From Macrostomum lignano (lineage: Eukaryota), in the NCBI GenBank assembly GCA_002269645.1, contig NIVC01001993.1, forward strand, positions 1 through 64,000: DNA of 64,000 nucleotides, written 5' to 3'. The translations under genes and the position numbers were made by a program. This document shows, piece by piece, positions 21,201-33,143 of the stretch; position 1 is the stretch's first letter; the number at the start of each line of letters is the position of its first letter. The notes under the pieces were generated by a model. The model saw only the letters and a list, made by a program, of their open reading frames with translations. It was not told the DNA's origin and searched no databases.

Positions 21201-24200
21201 AATCGCCCTCATCCGCCCCCTTAAGAATCGCCTTCATCGGCCCCTCAAGAATCGCCTTCATCCGCCCCTCAAGAATTGCCTTCATCCGCCCCTCAAGAAT
21301 CGCCTTCATCCGCCCCCTCAAGAATCGCCTTCATCCGCCCCTCAAGAATCGCCTTCATCCGCCCCCTCAAGAATCGCCTTCATCCGCCCCCTCAAGAATC
21401 GCCTTCATCCGCCCCCTCAAGAATCGCCTTCATCCGCCCCCTCAAGAATCGCCCTCATCCGCCCCCTCAAGAATCGCCCTCACCCGCCCCCTCAAGAATC
21501 GCCCTCATCCGCCCCCTCAAGAATCGCCTTCATCCGCCCCTCAAGAATCGCCTTCATCCGCCCCTCAAGAATCGCCTTCATCCGCCCCCTCAAGAATCGC
21601 CTTCATCCGCCCCCTCAAGAATCGCCTTCATCCGCCCTTCAAGAATCGCCTTCATCCGCCCTTCAAGAATCGCCTTCATCCGCCCCCTCAAGAATCGCCT
21701 TCATCCGCCCCCTCAAGAATCGCCCTCATCCGCCCCCTCAAGAATCGCCCTCATCCGCCCCTCAAGAATCGCCCTCATCCGCCCCCTCAAGAATCGCCTT
21801 CATCCGCCCCTCAAGAATCGCCTTCATCCGCCCCTCAAGAATCGCCTTCATCCGCCCCCTCAAGAATCGCCTTCATCCGCCCCCTCAAGAATCGCCTTCA
21901 TCCGCCCTTCAAGAATCGCCTTCATCCGCCCCTCAAGAATCGCCTTCATCCGCCCCCTCAAGAATCGAATCGCCTTCATCCGCCCCTCAAGAATCGCCTT
22001 CATCCGCCCCTCAAGAATCGCCTTCATCCGCCCCCTCAAGAATCGAATCGCCTTCATCCGCCCCTCAAGAATCGCCTTCATCCGCCCCCTCAAGAATCGC
22101 CTTTATCCGCCCCCTCAAGAATCGCCTTCATCCGCCCCCTCAAGAATCGCCTTCATCCGCCCCCTCAAGAATCGCCTTCATCCGCCCCTCAAGAATCGCC
22201 TTCATCCGCCCCCTCAAGAATCGCCTTCATCCGCCCCCTCAAGAATCGCCTTCATCCGCCCTTCAAGAATCGCCTTCATCCGCCCCTCAAGAATCGCCTT
22301 CATCCGCCCCTCAAGAATCGCCTTCATCCGCCCCCTCAAGAATCGCCTTCATCCGCCCCCTCAAGAATCGCCTTCATCCGCCCCCTCAAGAATCGCCTTC
22401 ATCCGCCCCTCAAGAATCGCCTTCATCCGCCCCTCAAGAATCGCCTTCATCCGCCCCCTCAAGAATCGCCTTCATCCGCCCCCTCAAGAATCGCCCTCAT
22501 CCGCCCCCCCCCAAGAATCGCCTTCATCCGCCCCTCAAGAATCGCCTTCATCCGCCCCTCAAGAATCGCCTTCATCCGCCCCTCAAGATTCGCCTTCATC
22601 CGCCCCTCAAGAATCGCCTTCATCCGCCCCTCAAGAATCGCCCTCATCCGCCCCCTCAACAATCGCCTCACTATTTCCCCGCACAGGAGGGCTACCTGGT
22701 GTGCCGCGCCGGCCTGTACGCATTCGCTGCCAGCGCGGAGCCCGGCGCCGCCCTGTTAGCCGGGCCGTTTGGCGCCGCCTCTGTCCACCCGACCGTCTCG
22801 TGCTTCGCCGCCAGGCGCACCCTGGACGGCTCCGGCCTGTTGACAGTTCAAGTCGCGGCCGACGGCCCAACCAGGGTGCTGCTAGTAACCGACGCTGGCG
22901 ACGAGGAGAGCGACGTCGATAGAAGCCGACGAGACAAGCCGGACCAAGTGACCGCCACCGACGAAGACGACGACTGGCTGGTGCTGCGGTCGCATCGTCG
23001 GCCCAGCCTGAGCTCTGGCGCCCGGCGATTCCGCAACCTTCGACTGGACTTGGCGCTGCCGCTAGGCGTCGGCCTGTCCGTGGTGAGCTCCCAGCCAGAG
23101 GAGGAGCTGCTGTACATCACGCTTGCTCGACTGCGTCTCATGCTTCAACGGGTCCACGGCTCCGAAGCCATGGAACTGGAGTTAGAACGGCTTCAGGCCG
23201 ACAATCAACTGTTGGACACTGGCTATCCGCTGCTGCTGTTTCACGAGGCGCCAAAACGGCAGCAGCAGCAGCAGCAGCAGCAGCAGCCGCCGCCGCCTCT
23301 GCCGCAGCCGGTGCTAACCCTATCTTGGATACGCGACCTGTGCCCGCGTTGGAATGCCGAAGTGTTCCAGTACTGCCACGCTCGAATTGGCCGATTGTCG
23401 CTCTGTCTAGAGGAGCGCCTAGTCTGGAAGGTGGCGTTGTTCTTTGGGCTGCACCAGCTGGAGCAGCAGCTGGACTCTGAACTGGAGGAGCTGGACTTCA
23501 CGGAGCAGCAGCGGTGAGTGAAACTAAACAGAGTCTTTTGGGAAGTCGGAAACCCACGAACATTTGTCGGAAACTATAGGGAGTTTGTCGGAAACTGTCG
23601 GAACTGTCGAAAACTGTCGGAAACTGTCCGAGTTTGTCGGAAACTGTCCGAGTTTGTTGCAAACTGTCGGAGTTTGTCGGAAACTGTCCGAGTTTGTTGC
23701 AAACTGTCCGAGTTTGTTGCAAACTGTCGGAGTTTGTTGAAAACTGTCGAAGTCTGTCGCAAACTGTCGGAGTTTGTTGCAGACTGTCCGAGTTTGTTGC
23801 AAACTGTCCGAGTTTGTTGAAAACTGTCCGAGTTTGTTGCAAACTGTCCGAGTTTGTTGAAAACTGTCGGAGTTTGTTGCAAACTGTCGGAGTCTGTCGC
23901 AAACTGTCGGAGTCGGTCGGAAACAACAGAGAACTACAGTAGTTTCTCAGAAATGAAATATATTGGTGCAACCTTATTTTATACAAATGCTTGAACCGCA
24001 ACACGCGTCTCCCGTTCTCCCCTCACCCCTACGCGCACCCCAGAACCGTAGCGGAGGTTGCGGAGGCCTGCGCTCGCAGTCGCCGCTACTATTTCGGCTC
24101 GCTACAGGTTGAGGCCGGCCGCATCTCGCTCTCCGTCTATCGGCCATCGTCCGAGCTGCCGCCTGAGCTCCGCCAAGTCAAGGAGGCTCTGAACGCGCGG

Positions 24201-27200
24201 CATCTCATCGGATTCGAGGATGCCCGAGTTGAGCTGGCGGTATTCAGGCGGGAGCACCTGTTCGAGACGGCTAATATGCTGCTGCGCGAAGCCCTGCTGC
24301 ACTATTCGCACGAGCTGCGGTCTCACGCCGTCATGATCCTGGGATCTGTGGACTTTCTCGGCAATCCCATCGGCCTGTTCACAGACCTGTCCGAGGGCAT
24401 CACGGGACTGATTCGCGATGGAAATGTCAAGGGCTTGGTTAAGGGCGTGTTTCACGGCATTTCCAATTCTACAGCTAAGGTGACTGAATCAGTACTGATT
24501 TTAATGCAATCCTAAAGTCTTTGGTTAACAGAGTTTCGGGTTCTCTGAGTTTCGGGTTCTCTGAGTTCCGGGTTCTCTGAGTTTCGGGTTCTCTGAGTTT
24601 CGGGTTCTCTGAGTTTCGGGTTCTCTGAGTTCCGGGTTCTCTGAGTTCCGGGTTCTCTGAGTTCCGGGTTCTCTGAGTTCCGGGTTCTCTGAGTTTCGGG
24701 TTCTCTGAGTTCCGGTTTTTCTAAGTTTCGGGTTCTCTGAGTTTCGGGTTCTCTTAGTTTCGGGTTCTCTGAGTTTCGGGTTCTCAGAGTTTCGGGTTCT
24801 CTGAGTTCCGGGTTCTCTGAGTTTCGGGTTCTCTGAGTTTCGGGTTCTCTGAGTTTCGGGTCTCAGAGTTCCGGGTCTCAGAGTTCCGGGTTCTCTGAGT
24901 TTCGGGTTCTCTGAGTTTCGGGTTCTCTGAGTTTCGGGTCTCAGAGTTCCGGGTTCTCTGAGTTTCGGGTTCTCTGAGTTTCGGGTTCTCTGAGTTTCGG
25001 GTCTCAGAGTTCCGGGTTCTCTGAGTTTCGGGTCTCAGAGTTCCGGGTTCTCTGAGTTTCGGGTCTCAGAGTTTCGGGTCTCAGAGTTTCGGGTTCTCAG
25101 AGTTTCGGGTTCTTAGAGTTTCGGGTTCTCAGAGTTTCGGGTTCTTAGAGTTTCGGGTTCTTAGAGTTTCGGGTTCTTAGAGTTTCGGGTTCTCTGAATT
25201 TCGGGTTCTTAGAGTTTCGGGTTCTCAGAGTTTCGGGTTCTTAGAGTTTCGGGTTCTTAGAGTTTCGGGTTCTCTGAATTTCGGGTCTCAGAGTTTCGGG
25301 TCTCAGAGTTTCGGGTTCTCAGAGTTTCGGGTTCTTAGAGTTTCGGGTTCTCTGAATTTCGGGTCTCAGAGTTTCGGGTTCTTAGAGTTTCGGGTTCTAA
25401 GAGTTGTCAGAGCTGTCAGAGTTGTCAGAGCTGTCAGAGCTGTCAGAGTTGGGAGCCAAATCAATACCAAACCGATCCCACTCGCTCAGGTGACGGGCAG
25501 CATCTCTGACGGCCTCACCATACTCAATATGGACGAGAGGCACCTGGCCAAGAGGGGCAAACTGCGAGAAGACGCTTCAAAATCCGGCACCCTTCGGGGC
25601 CACTGGTCAGCCGGGGTCAAGGGGTTTGGCCACGGCATCATTGGCGGCATCACCTCCATAATAACTCAGCCTTACTATGGCGCCTCCGAGCGCGGCCTCG
25701 AGGTAAGGGGGAGGGGGAAGGGGGACCGGCGGCGGCGCGGGTGGAACCAACCAATTAGAATCTGCTCGCAAATCTGTGTGTGTATTATATTGTACACTAA
25801 TTTTTGATGTTTAAAGAATCACGTGATTCTAAAACCCACCCACAGCCACTTGTGCTGTTTGCTAATCTACTATTATAGAATCATGGATGGTAGAGATATA
25901 ATATAGAGAGAGTGGCACTGCCACTGCACATGCTGCATCCCTTCCTTTGCTTCCTTTTTTTAGTCTCCCCTTCCTTTTTCTATCCTGCGCACGCACGCAC
26001 AAACACATAAGAGCTCTGACCTTAGAGGGCTTGTGTCCTTAGAATTGATTTTCTCTATCCTCTCCCTCTCTCCATTCATGGGGTTCCAGCCCAGACCCAG
26101 AGACGGAATAGCAGATTGTTGCCCTATAAATACTTAGGCAACTGCACTCCCAGCAGCTGCCTCGTTAGCGCAGTAGGTAGCGCGTCAGTCTCATAATCTG
26201 AAGGTCGTGAGTTCGATCCTCACACGGGGCACAATTTTTTTGTGAGTGGATTTTTTTACACTTTTGGTTACTCGATTTCAACAATTATTATTTAAGAACT
26301 TTATTAAAATATTTTAATATATTAAATTTTTGGAACAAAAAAATCAAAAACAAAATCGAATGAAAATTATGGTTTTTAAAAATAGCCGATATGTAGTGTT
26401 GAATGCATAAACCAACCTACTTTCGCCACTGAATTATAAATATTAGCAAAAATATTAGCAAAATGATGTCTTTTATATTTATGTAAGCCATACTTGGATC
26501 TGTCAATGCAAGCAGGTAAATTTATTTGTCAATCAAAGCATAGCCATTTAGCTTGATAAAGCATTTGGTAGCATAGCAACGAGCATTTAATTAGTCACGG
26601 GATTTTTTACACGAAACTTAAATATTCACTTTAAAAGTTGTATAAATTTTCGTGGAATGATTTAACATGTTTAACCAAGCACTTAGCAGCACTTAGTTGT
26701 GTTACACTAAAATGTTATTAGATAGTATTGCAAAAACGCCAGGGTATTGGTATCATATATTTACATCGGAATGGAATTCGCATGCGTTTCTCAGCATAAA
26801 AATTATTTTTAAGAGTCCGAACAAACAATTACGTTAATTAATACAAGCATAAAAAGGAATGCAAGTAGGTTGATTTGCTGTTCTTAAATATTAACTTCGG
26901 CACTTTTTTAACTTGGAATATCAAAAGTCAAAACTTAAACGCAATATGCGCTACTAACAGTAGGCTATCGGTAGTAGTGTGTGTTAATAATAAAACGTAG
27001 AAAAACGAAATTGACAATGAAAAGCACTGTAGGGTTAAAGCTACGTAGTCTGACGCGTACGCATTAGCCGGCAAAGCACGATTGACAGCCCGGCTATTAG
27101 CACCACTATAGTTGCTAATATGCCGCCAAGCGCGAACATGCTGGTCTTGTACTGGGCCAGGTAAGCAGGCGTAGGCATAATTGTAGTCATCCTGGCTGGC

Positions 27201-30200
27201 CGCACAACTAGATCGGGGAAGAAGTTATTCCAAAACGCGTAGTGATAGGTGCGATAGTCCTGATACAGATTGAAATCGTTCTCGAAGTTGTCCTGTATAT
27301 TGAGCTGGAAATAAGTTCGATTATTCCAACGAAACGAGTCCCAGGTGAAATTTCTAACTAATTGTGGCGTAGCGTTGCCGTGAATGACGAAATTGCTGAT
27401 AAAGTACATCATGTAGTCGGTCATGTTCATGTCTAGATCGGCGTAACCAAAATTCGGTCGCTGAATGCCCAGGTTAGTCCAGTTGGAGGCATTCAGGTAG
27501 GGCAGCCCGAAGATGTACTGCAGGTCGCTGCCGTGATAGGCGCCCATGTAGCGAGTTTTTGGATCGTTTCGGCTCCGGTACTTGAACACGTACATCTGGG
27601 TGAAGTTCTTCAGCGGCCGCTTGTCGGCGTGGAAGCGCAGGCTGCGGATCAGGCCGCTGCCGTAGTACCTGCAGATTTGTTAAAAATGTTAATCAGAAAC
27701 ATTAGAAATCATTGTTATCAATCAGCAATAATGCATCGGCCTTCAAAAATGTGAAAGCCATTCAATCAGCCTACAAAAAGTGAGTGATTCAATGGGCCTT
27801 CAATAAATTGAGCGATTCAATCGGCCTTCAAAAAATAAAAGCAGTTCAATCGGCCTTCAAAAATGTGAGAGTGATTCAATCGGCCTTCAAAAATGTGAGA
27901 GTGATTCAATGGGCCTTCAAAAAATGAGAGTGATTCAATGGGCCTTCAAAAAATGAGAGTGATTCAATGGGCCTTCAAAAAATGAGAGTGATTCAATGGG
28001 CCTTCAAAAAATGAGAGTGATTCAATGGGCCTTCAAAAAATGAGAGTGATTCAATCGGCCTTCAAAAAATGAGAGTGATTCAATCGGCCTTCAAAAAATG
28101 AGAGTGATTCGATCGGCCTTAAATAAAATTGAGAGCGATTCAATCGGCCTTCAAAAAGAATGAGAACGATTCTCACCTATCCGAGTAGAGATCTCGCAGC
28201 ATCTGCAGCCGAGCAGTGTCATTGTCTGTGGCTGCCCAGTCCGTGTACTCAAACTCGATAGCTTTAGCAATGGCGTGCTCGTCGTGGGGAAACACGGCCA
28301 GAGAGATGTTCATGATTCGCTCTTTGAATAGCGCAGCTGACAGGCTGGCGTTCTCCACCACGCCTGGCAGGTCGGTAGTGAACTGGGCGCCGTCGTCCCA
28401 GGTGATGCCGCCGATGACGCGAGTCTGAGCAAATCGGCCCTGACTGCGGAGATTCTCCGGCGTGTCCAGAATGAATTTGCCTGAGCAATGGGGATGAGTA
28501 ATATTCGATGAGTTCAGAGAGAAGAGAGTTCGGGCCTTGTAGTGCGATTCACACCATCCGTGAGGGCCAATCGCTAATGCACAGAGAGTGAGCATGCCTG
28601 GCACAAGGACTACTCAAGTACAATAGAAAGACTGGAAACCTTTCATAGAGCTTTCCGTTTAGAAAATTAGGATTCTATGTTAATTTTTTATTCTACGTAC
28701 ATTCCCTGTACCTAAAAATCATAAAAATGCATGGCACGGCTCGATTCATTGGTTTTATGAATCTATTTTATCACCTGAATCCTAGTTTTTCAACGAAAAG
28801 CTTTATGAATATTAATAGAGCTATAAGAAAGTCACAGCATATCAAAAGATAAACACTGGATCTGCCTCCTATCGAAAGCAATAACAATTTGTAGTGTATT
28901 TTTCGGAAAATCCTGCCTCCTAACATTTTCTAAGAAACGAGGTTTCTCGTCCTTTTACTTAAGTAGTCCTTGGCCTGCCATTGAGAAAGTCAGGGCCGCT
29001 GTGCACCCCTAAGCTACTGAGTAAGTAGTATATGTATAATAACCTACTGAAACGAGAACGAGAATGTTTATGCAGAATCTGCGAGTATGCGAATATGCGA
29101 AGCCGAGGAGATTTGCCATAGACATTCGCGGAGATTATGAGTATTCTCCGCTCCCTGTATTCGCGCGGGACACGTTTTGTCTATGGTAGAAGAAAGTGTT
29201 CAATCAACCTCACTCTGGCTCGCGGCGTTAATTTTATTGTCTATGGCAGCGGAGGTTACTTAGTGAGAATCTCCGCTAGCAAAGCACTAGCGACATAGAC
29301 AAAGCGTACAGGCAAAGTGGGATACATTATAGTTCTTCAACAGCCTCACCGTCCACAGTCGGACTCCACGGCTTGCCTAGCCAAGACCGCTCGTGCACCT
29401 GGCTATCGCTAGCCGCCCCGGCCAGCTCCGCGTGGGTTCGCTGCCTCAGACAGCTGAGCATCTCGCCCGGCTCCTGATTGGTGCACGCAGTTTTAACCGC
29501 CAATTCCAGCGCGTACCGCTGCGACTCCCCCGGATAGATAGTGAAGCCGCCCCACATGAGATCGCTGCCGGACAGCCAGATGGCCCGGTGGAACAGCGGC
29601 TCGGCGTACATGCCGCTCAGCGGCGACATGCTGTGCAGCGCGACGTCCCCGGCGCCGGAGCCGTGGCCCATCAGGGTGACCCGGGTTCGATCGCCGCGGA
29701 ATTTTTCAGCCTCCTGTTGTAGATAGCGGAGCGCTTGCACCTGTGGGTGGGGACCGGATTGTATGTTCTCTTAGAGTCTGAAACTTCTCTACCTTTTTAT
29801 TATTGATAAACAGTTTTGTAAGAATCTATTTAAACGATAGTTAAGGTATCTAGGCTTAGGAAATGGCATCTAGGCTTAGGAAATGGCATCTAGGCTTAGG
29901 AAATGGCATCTAGACTTAGAAAATGGCATCTAGGCTTAGGAAATGGCATCTAGGCTTAGAAAATGGCATCTAGGCTTAGGAAATGGCATCTAGGCTTAGA
30001 AAATGGCATCTAGGCTTAGAAAATGGCATCTAGGCTTAGGAAATGGCATCTAGACTTAGAAAATGACATCTAGGCTTAGGAAATGGCATCTAGGCTTAGA
30101 AAATGGCATCTAGGCTTAGGAAATGGCATATAGGCTTAGGAAATGGCATCTAGACTTAGAAAATAACATCTAGGCTTAGGAACTGCCAATGACAATTTAG

Positions 30201-33143
30201 GCTTCGTTAAAATTATCCAGTCATACCTGATCCATAAGGCCATAATTTCCCGTAGCCTCGCTACCCTCCAGTCTCAAGTATCCGAACGCATTCAGCCGGT
30301 ACTGCACAGTGACTACCATGATGTTGGTCTGAGCAAGCACGTGACCGGGCGTGAACTGCGCTGATCCGTAGGTGTGCTCGCCGCCGTGGATGAACACCAG
30401 AATCGGGTAGACATTCGATTTGGCCTCGTCTAGCGTTGTGTTGGTCACGAATATGTTTAGATAGAGGCAGTCCTCGTCAGCTACGGGGTTGGTCAGGCCC
30501 TGCAGCCGGTCCAGCGGTTGAGGACACGATGGCCTTGACAACAAATAGGAGCGAGTCAATCACTGCGTCGCATGTTGTCAGCTACTAGGGCCATGCTCCC
30601 CACAATTCCCCATGAGCCCTGACAGATCTGATTAATTCCCCATGAGCCCTATATCCCAGCAATTCCCCATGAGCCCTGACAGATCTGATTAATTCCCCAT
30701 GAGCCCTATTATCCCAGCAATTCCCCATGAGCCCTGACAGATCTGATTAATTCCCCATGAGCCCTATTATCCCAGCAATTCCCCATGAGCCCTGACAGAT
30801 CTGAACAATTCCCCATGAGCCCTGACAGATCTGATTAATTCCCCATGAGCCCTATTATCCCAGCAATTCCCCGTGAGCCCTGACAGATCTGATTAATTCC
30901 CCATGAGCCCTATTATCCCAGCAATTCCCCGTGAGCCCTGACAGATCTGATTAATTCCCCATGAGCCCTATTATCCCAGCAATTCCCCATGAGCCCTGAC
31001 AGATCTGATTAATTCCCCATGAGCCCTATTATCCCAGCAATTCCCCATGAGCCCTGACAGATCTGATTAATTCCCCATGAGCCCTGACAGATCTGATCAA
31101 CTCCCCGTGAGCTCTGACAGATCTGATTAATTCCCCATGAGCCCTATTATCCCAGCAATCCCGTTAACCCTTAGCAATAATAGCAGAGCTGTCAAAATGA
31201 AGCTCACCTGTAGTAAGTGGCATCCCATTTATCCACATAATCTGGCTGCATGGGCTCCATAAATCGCAGATTATTGCCTCTGGTGGGCGGCTTAGCGTAC
31301 GGCACGCCCAGCCAGATCTGCAGGAACCGTTTGCCCTTGTCTCGGTAAGAGTATGGATCGTCTAGTATGATGGCGTAGCCGTACATCTTGCCTTTGGTTG
31401 TGAAAGCAACCCGAGTGTTGAGGCAGCAGTCCTTGGAGAAGGGCTCGTAGCAGGGCATTATGGGATGGCAGATTTCGCCAGTTTTTGGCACAATATTAAA
31501 GCAGCACTCGTCGCTGGAGCAGCCGCTTGGTTTCAGGCAGGTGTTCATCTGGCCCACTGCTTGCTGGCTTTGCAGCAGAACTATTAGTATTATAATTGAT
31601 TTAATAATCATGCTATTATTATCAGCGAAATGAAAACTGGTTTAGTAAAATGTCTGCTGTGTTTAGCGCTTCTCGCTTCCGCGTTCGTTTTCAGCGGTGG
31701 GGGTTTTTTAAGGAGTTGGGGAGAGGGCGATCATGTACGGGGCGGGTATGAGGTGAAGGCCTGAGCTTTGCTAGATAATGAGAGTAAATGCAAAGGCAGG
31801 GATAGCGAGTACACCATGAATGTACAGAGCTCTCTCTCCCTCTCTCTCCCTGTCCTGCCCCCCACGACTCAAATTTCCTTTCTCTCTTCTTCAATATATG
31901 CGCAAGGTAGAGTAGGTTAGGTCTTGCGCTCTGCCAAGTCTATCTGCAGAGGTGAGCAGGCCAGCTTTGACTCAGAAAGGGAGAGAAGAGGTCCAAGTGA
32001 CTGTTGAGAAAACTGTACGGCACGTACATTGCTGTTGTCATGCTTTTTTGATTGCTGCAACTCTTTCTTTCCTTAATTTAAACAATCGTTTTAAATTCAA
32101 CGTGCCTGGGATTCGAACCTATGACCTTGCTTTTTTATTACTTTATATTCTAAATTCTATTCGGGGGTTCGAACCTGCGACCTTAAGAACCGCTACTAAA
32201 CTAACAGACCGCTCGGCTACAAGAATATAAATAAGTCATATTGCGTTAGTTTCTGTAAATTCAATCTCAATTTTATCTGGGTTGAGCTATCGGGATTCGA
32301 ACCTGTGACCTTGCTAGACAAATTTCCAATCTACAGTGCCAGATATAAAATTTCGAACTGTCGTTACTGTATCGATTGTAAAGATTATAACAAAGTTTGA
32401 TTCCCAGTTTCGAACCCGCGACCTTTTGATCAATAAAGTGACCCGCTAGACCGCTCGACCACAACCTTCTCCATTCTCAATGCCAACAATCAGCCAATTT
32501 TAAACTGGCCCTGTCCACATCCACCGCGCCGCAGGGCTTCGTATTCGGCGTCGGCAAAGGCCTGATCGGCACCGTCACCAAGCCCGTGGCTGGCGTGCTC
32601 GATTTCGCCTCGGAGATGTCCTCCAGCATCCGCGACAAAACTGGCGGCGCCGGCGAACGGCACGGCGTCGAACCGCGACGTCGGCCGCGCTGCCCAGCCG
32701 GCCTTGACCGGATGTTGAAGCAGTACAACTCGGAGGACGCCTACTGGCAGACAGTGCTGTACAAGCTGAACAACTGCAACCTGGCCGAGCGCTACCTCAC
32801 CAGCATGCCGATCCGGGCCAGCAACTCGGCCGCCGTTTGGATCATCATCTCGGACAAGGGAGTCTACCTGCTCAAGTACAAGGAGCGGCCCAGCCAGGAC
32901 AGCGTGCTAATGCAGGCCCGCTATTCGGACATTATTTATTGCCGACCGCACGAGCTGGCGGACGGAGCTGGCGGCGGTTCTGGCGGTGGCGGTGGCGCCG
33001 CCGACTGTATGGAATTCAACATTGCTAATAGGCAGACTCGAGCCCGGGTCCGCTGCGACAGCGCCGAGGCAGCGCTGAGAGCCGTGGCCGCCGTTAATCA
33101 CGGACTCGAGCTGTACAGGGAGAATCGAACCGAGCTGCGCTAA
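15382..33143 (+). CDS. VPS13D: VPS13D-like lipid transfer protein, 3' exons (~15382-15958, 17692-17937, 22687-23513, 24044-24479, 25490-25702, 32535-33143)
   Basis: PYRIDNRS (VAB/SHR-BD), GKRSQLWR ricin-like insert characteristic of VPS13D, LELERLQADNQL, ILGSVDFLGNPIGLF, KGLIGTVTKPVAGVLDFAS; GT-AG boundaries with consistent phase. Confidence 0.9.
16036..17560. repeat. Intronic minisatellite, 24-bp unit GACAGACACAAATATACAGGCATG
   Basis: Direct tandem array; source of several spurious long ORFs. Confidence 0.95.
17940..18260. repeat. (TCTA)n microsatellite
   Basis: Direct observation; begins right after the VPS13D donor site. Confidence 0.95.
19055..19750 (-). CDS. H1: Histone H1 (linker histone), nested antisense in a VPS13D intron
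   Basis: Globular domain SHPSYTDMIVKAISALKDRKGSSRQSITKY..HTKGVGASGSF and a Lys/Ala/Pro-rich tail; intronless. Confidence 0.95.
   Translation of the reverse strand: MTEASAPAPAAAGKAKKPRASKKKEAKPRSHPSYTDMIVKAISALKDRKGSSRQSITKYLRANYKFGADERVDAYVKAALKAGSKSGRFVHTKGVGASGSFALGEKSGKAGGASPRKAAGAKRKASPKKRPSAAAKKPAGAKKASPAKKRPKAAAATAAPAAAAAAPAAAAAAPAAAAKPRRSAGAKKPKKAAAGGAKKKPAAAKKKPAKPKAAKAKKPKASPKKKAAKKK
20980..22670. repeat. Intronic minisatellite, 24-26-bp unit CCCC(C)TCAAGAATCGCCTTCATCCG
   Basis: Tandem array ending just before the acceptor at 22686. Confidence 0.95.
23555..23930. repeat. Intronic minisatellite, 20-bp unit AAACTGTCCGAGTTTGTTGC
   Basis: Tandem array. Confidence 0.9.
24530..25450. 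repeat. Intronic minisatellite, 16-bp unit GAGTTTCGGGTTCTCT
   Basis: Tandem array. Confidence 0.9.
26159..26231 (+). tRNA. tRNA-Met (CAT), elongator type
   Basis: GCCTCGTTAGCGCAGTAGGTAGCGCG..CTCATAA..GTTCGATCC..CGGGGCA cloverleaf; upstream TATAAA and downstream T-run. Confidence 0.95.
27041..31611 (-). CDS. Non-catalytic cholinesterase-like (neuroligin/gliotactin-like) type I membrane protein, nested antisense in a VPS13D intron; exons ~31208-31611, 30227-30533, 29350-29740, 28177-28480, 27041-27668
   Basis: Signal peptide; LGVPYAKPP, EDCLYLNIF, VFIHGG, VTVQYRL..GY, GNYGLMDQ, YHGSDLQYIFG; the nucleophile elbow reads GHGSG (Ser replaced by Gly); C-terminal TM helix. Confidence 0.88.
27745..28160. 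repeat. Intronic minisatellite, ~29-bp unit GGCCTTCAAAAAATGAGAGTGATTCAATG
   Basis: Tandem array. Confidence 0.9.
29845..30180. repeat. Intronic minisatellite, 20-bp unit CTAGGCTTAGGAAATGGCAT
   Basis: Tandem array. Confidence 0.9.
30590..31160. repeat. Intronic composite minisatellite with alternating 30/28-bp units sharing AATTCCCCATGAGCCCT
   Basis: Tandem array with two interleaved unit types. Confidence 0.9.

Noticed and set aside
21079-22686. 5' part of the 812-aa and 548-aa ORFs
   Set aside because: Minisatellite read-through; only 22687-23513 is a VPS13D exon.
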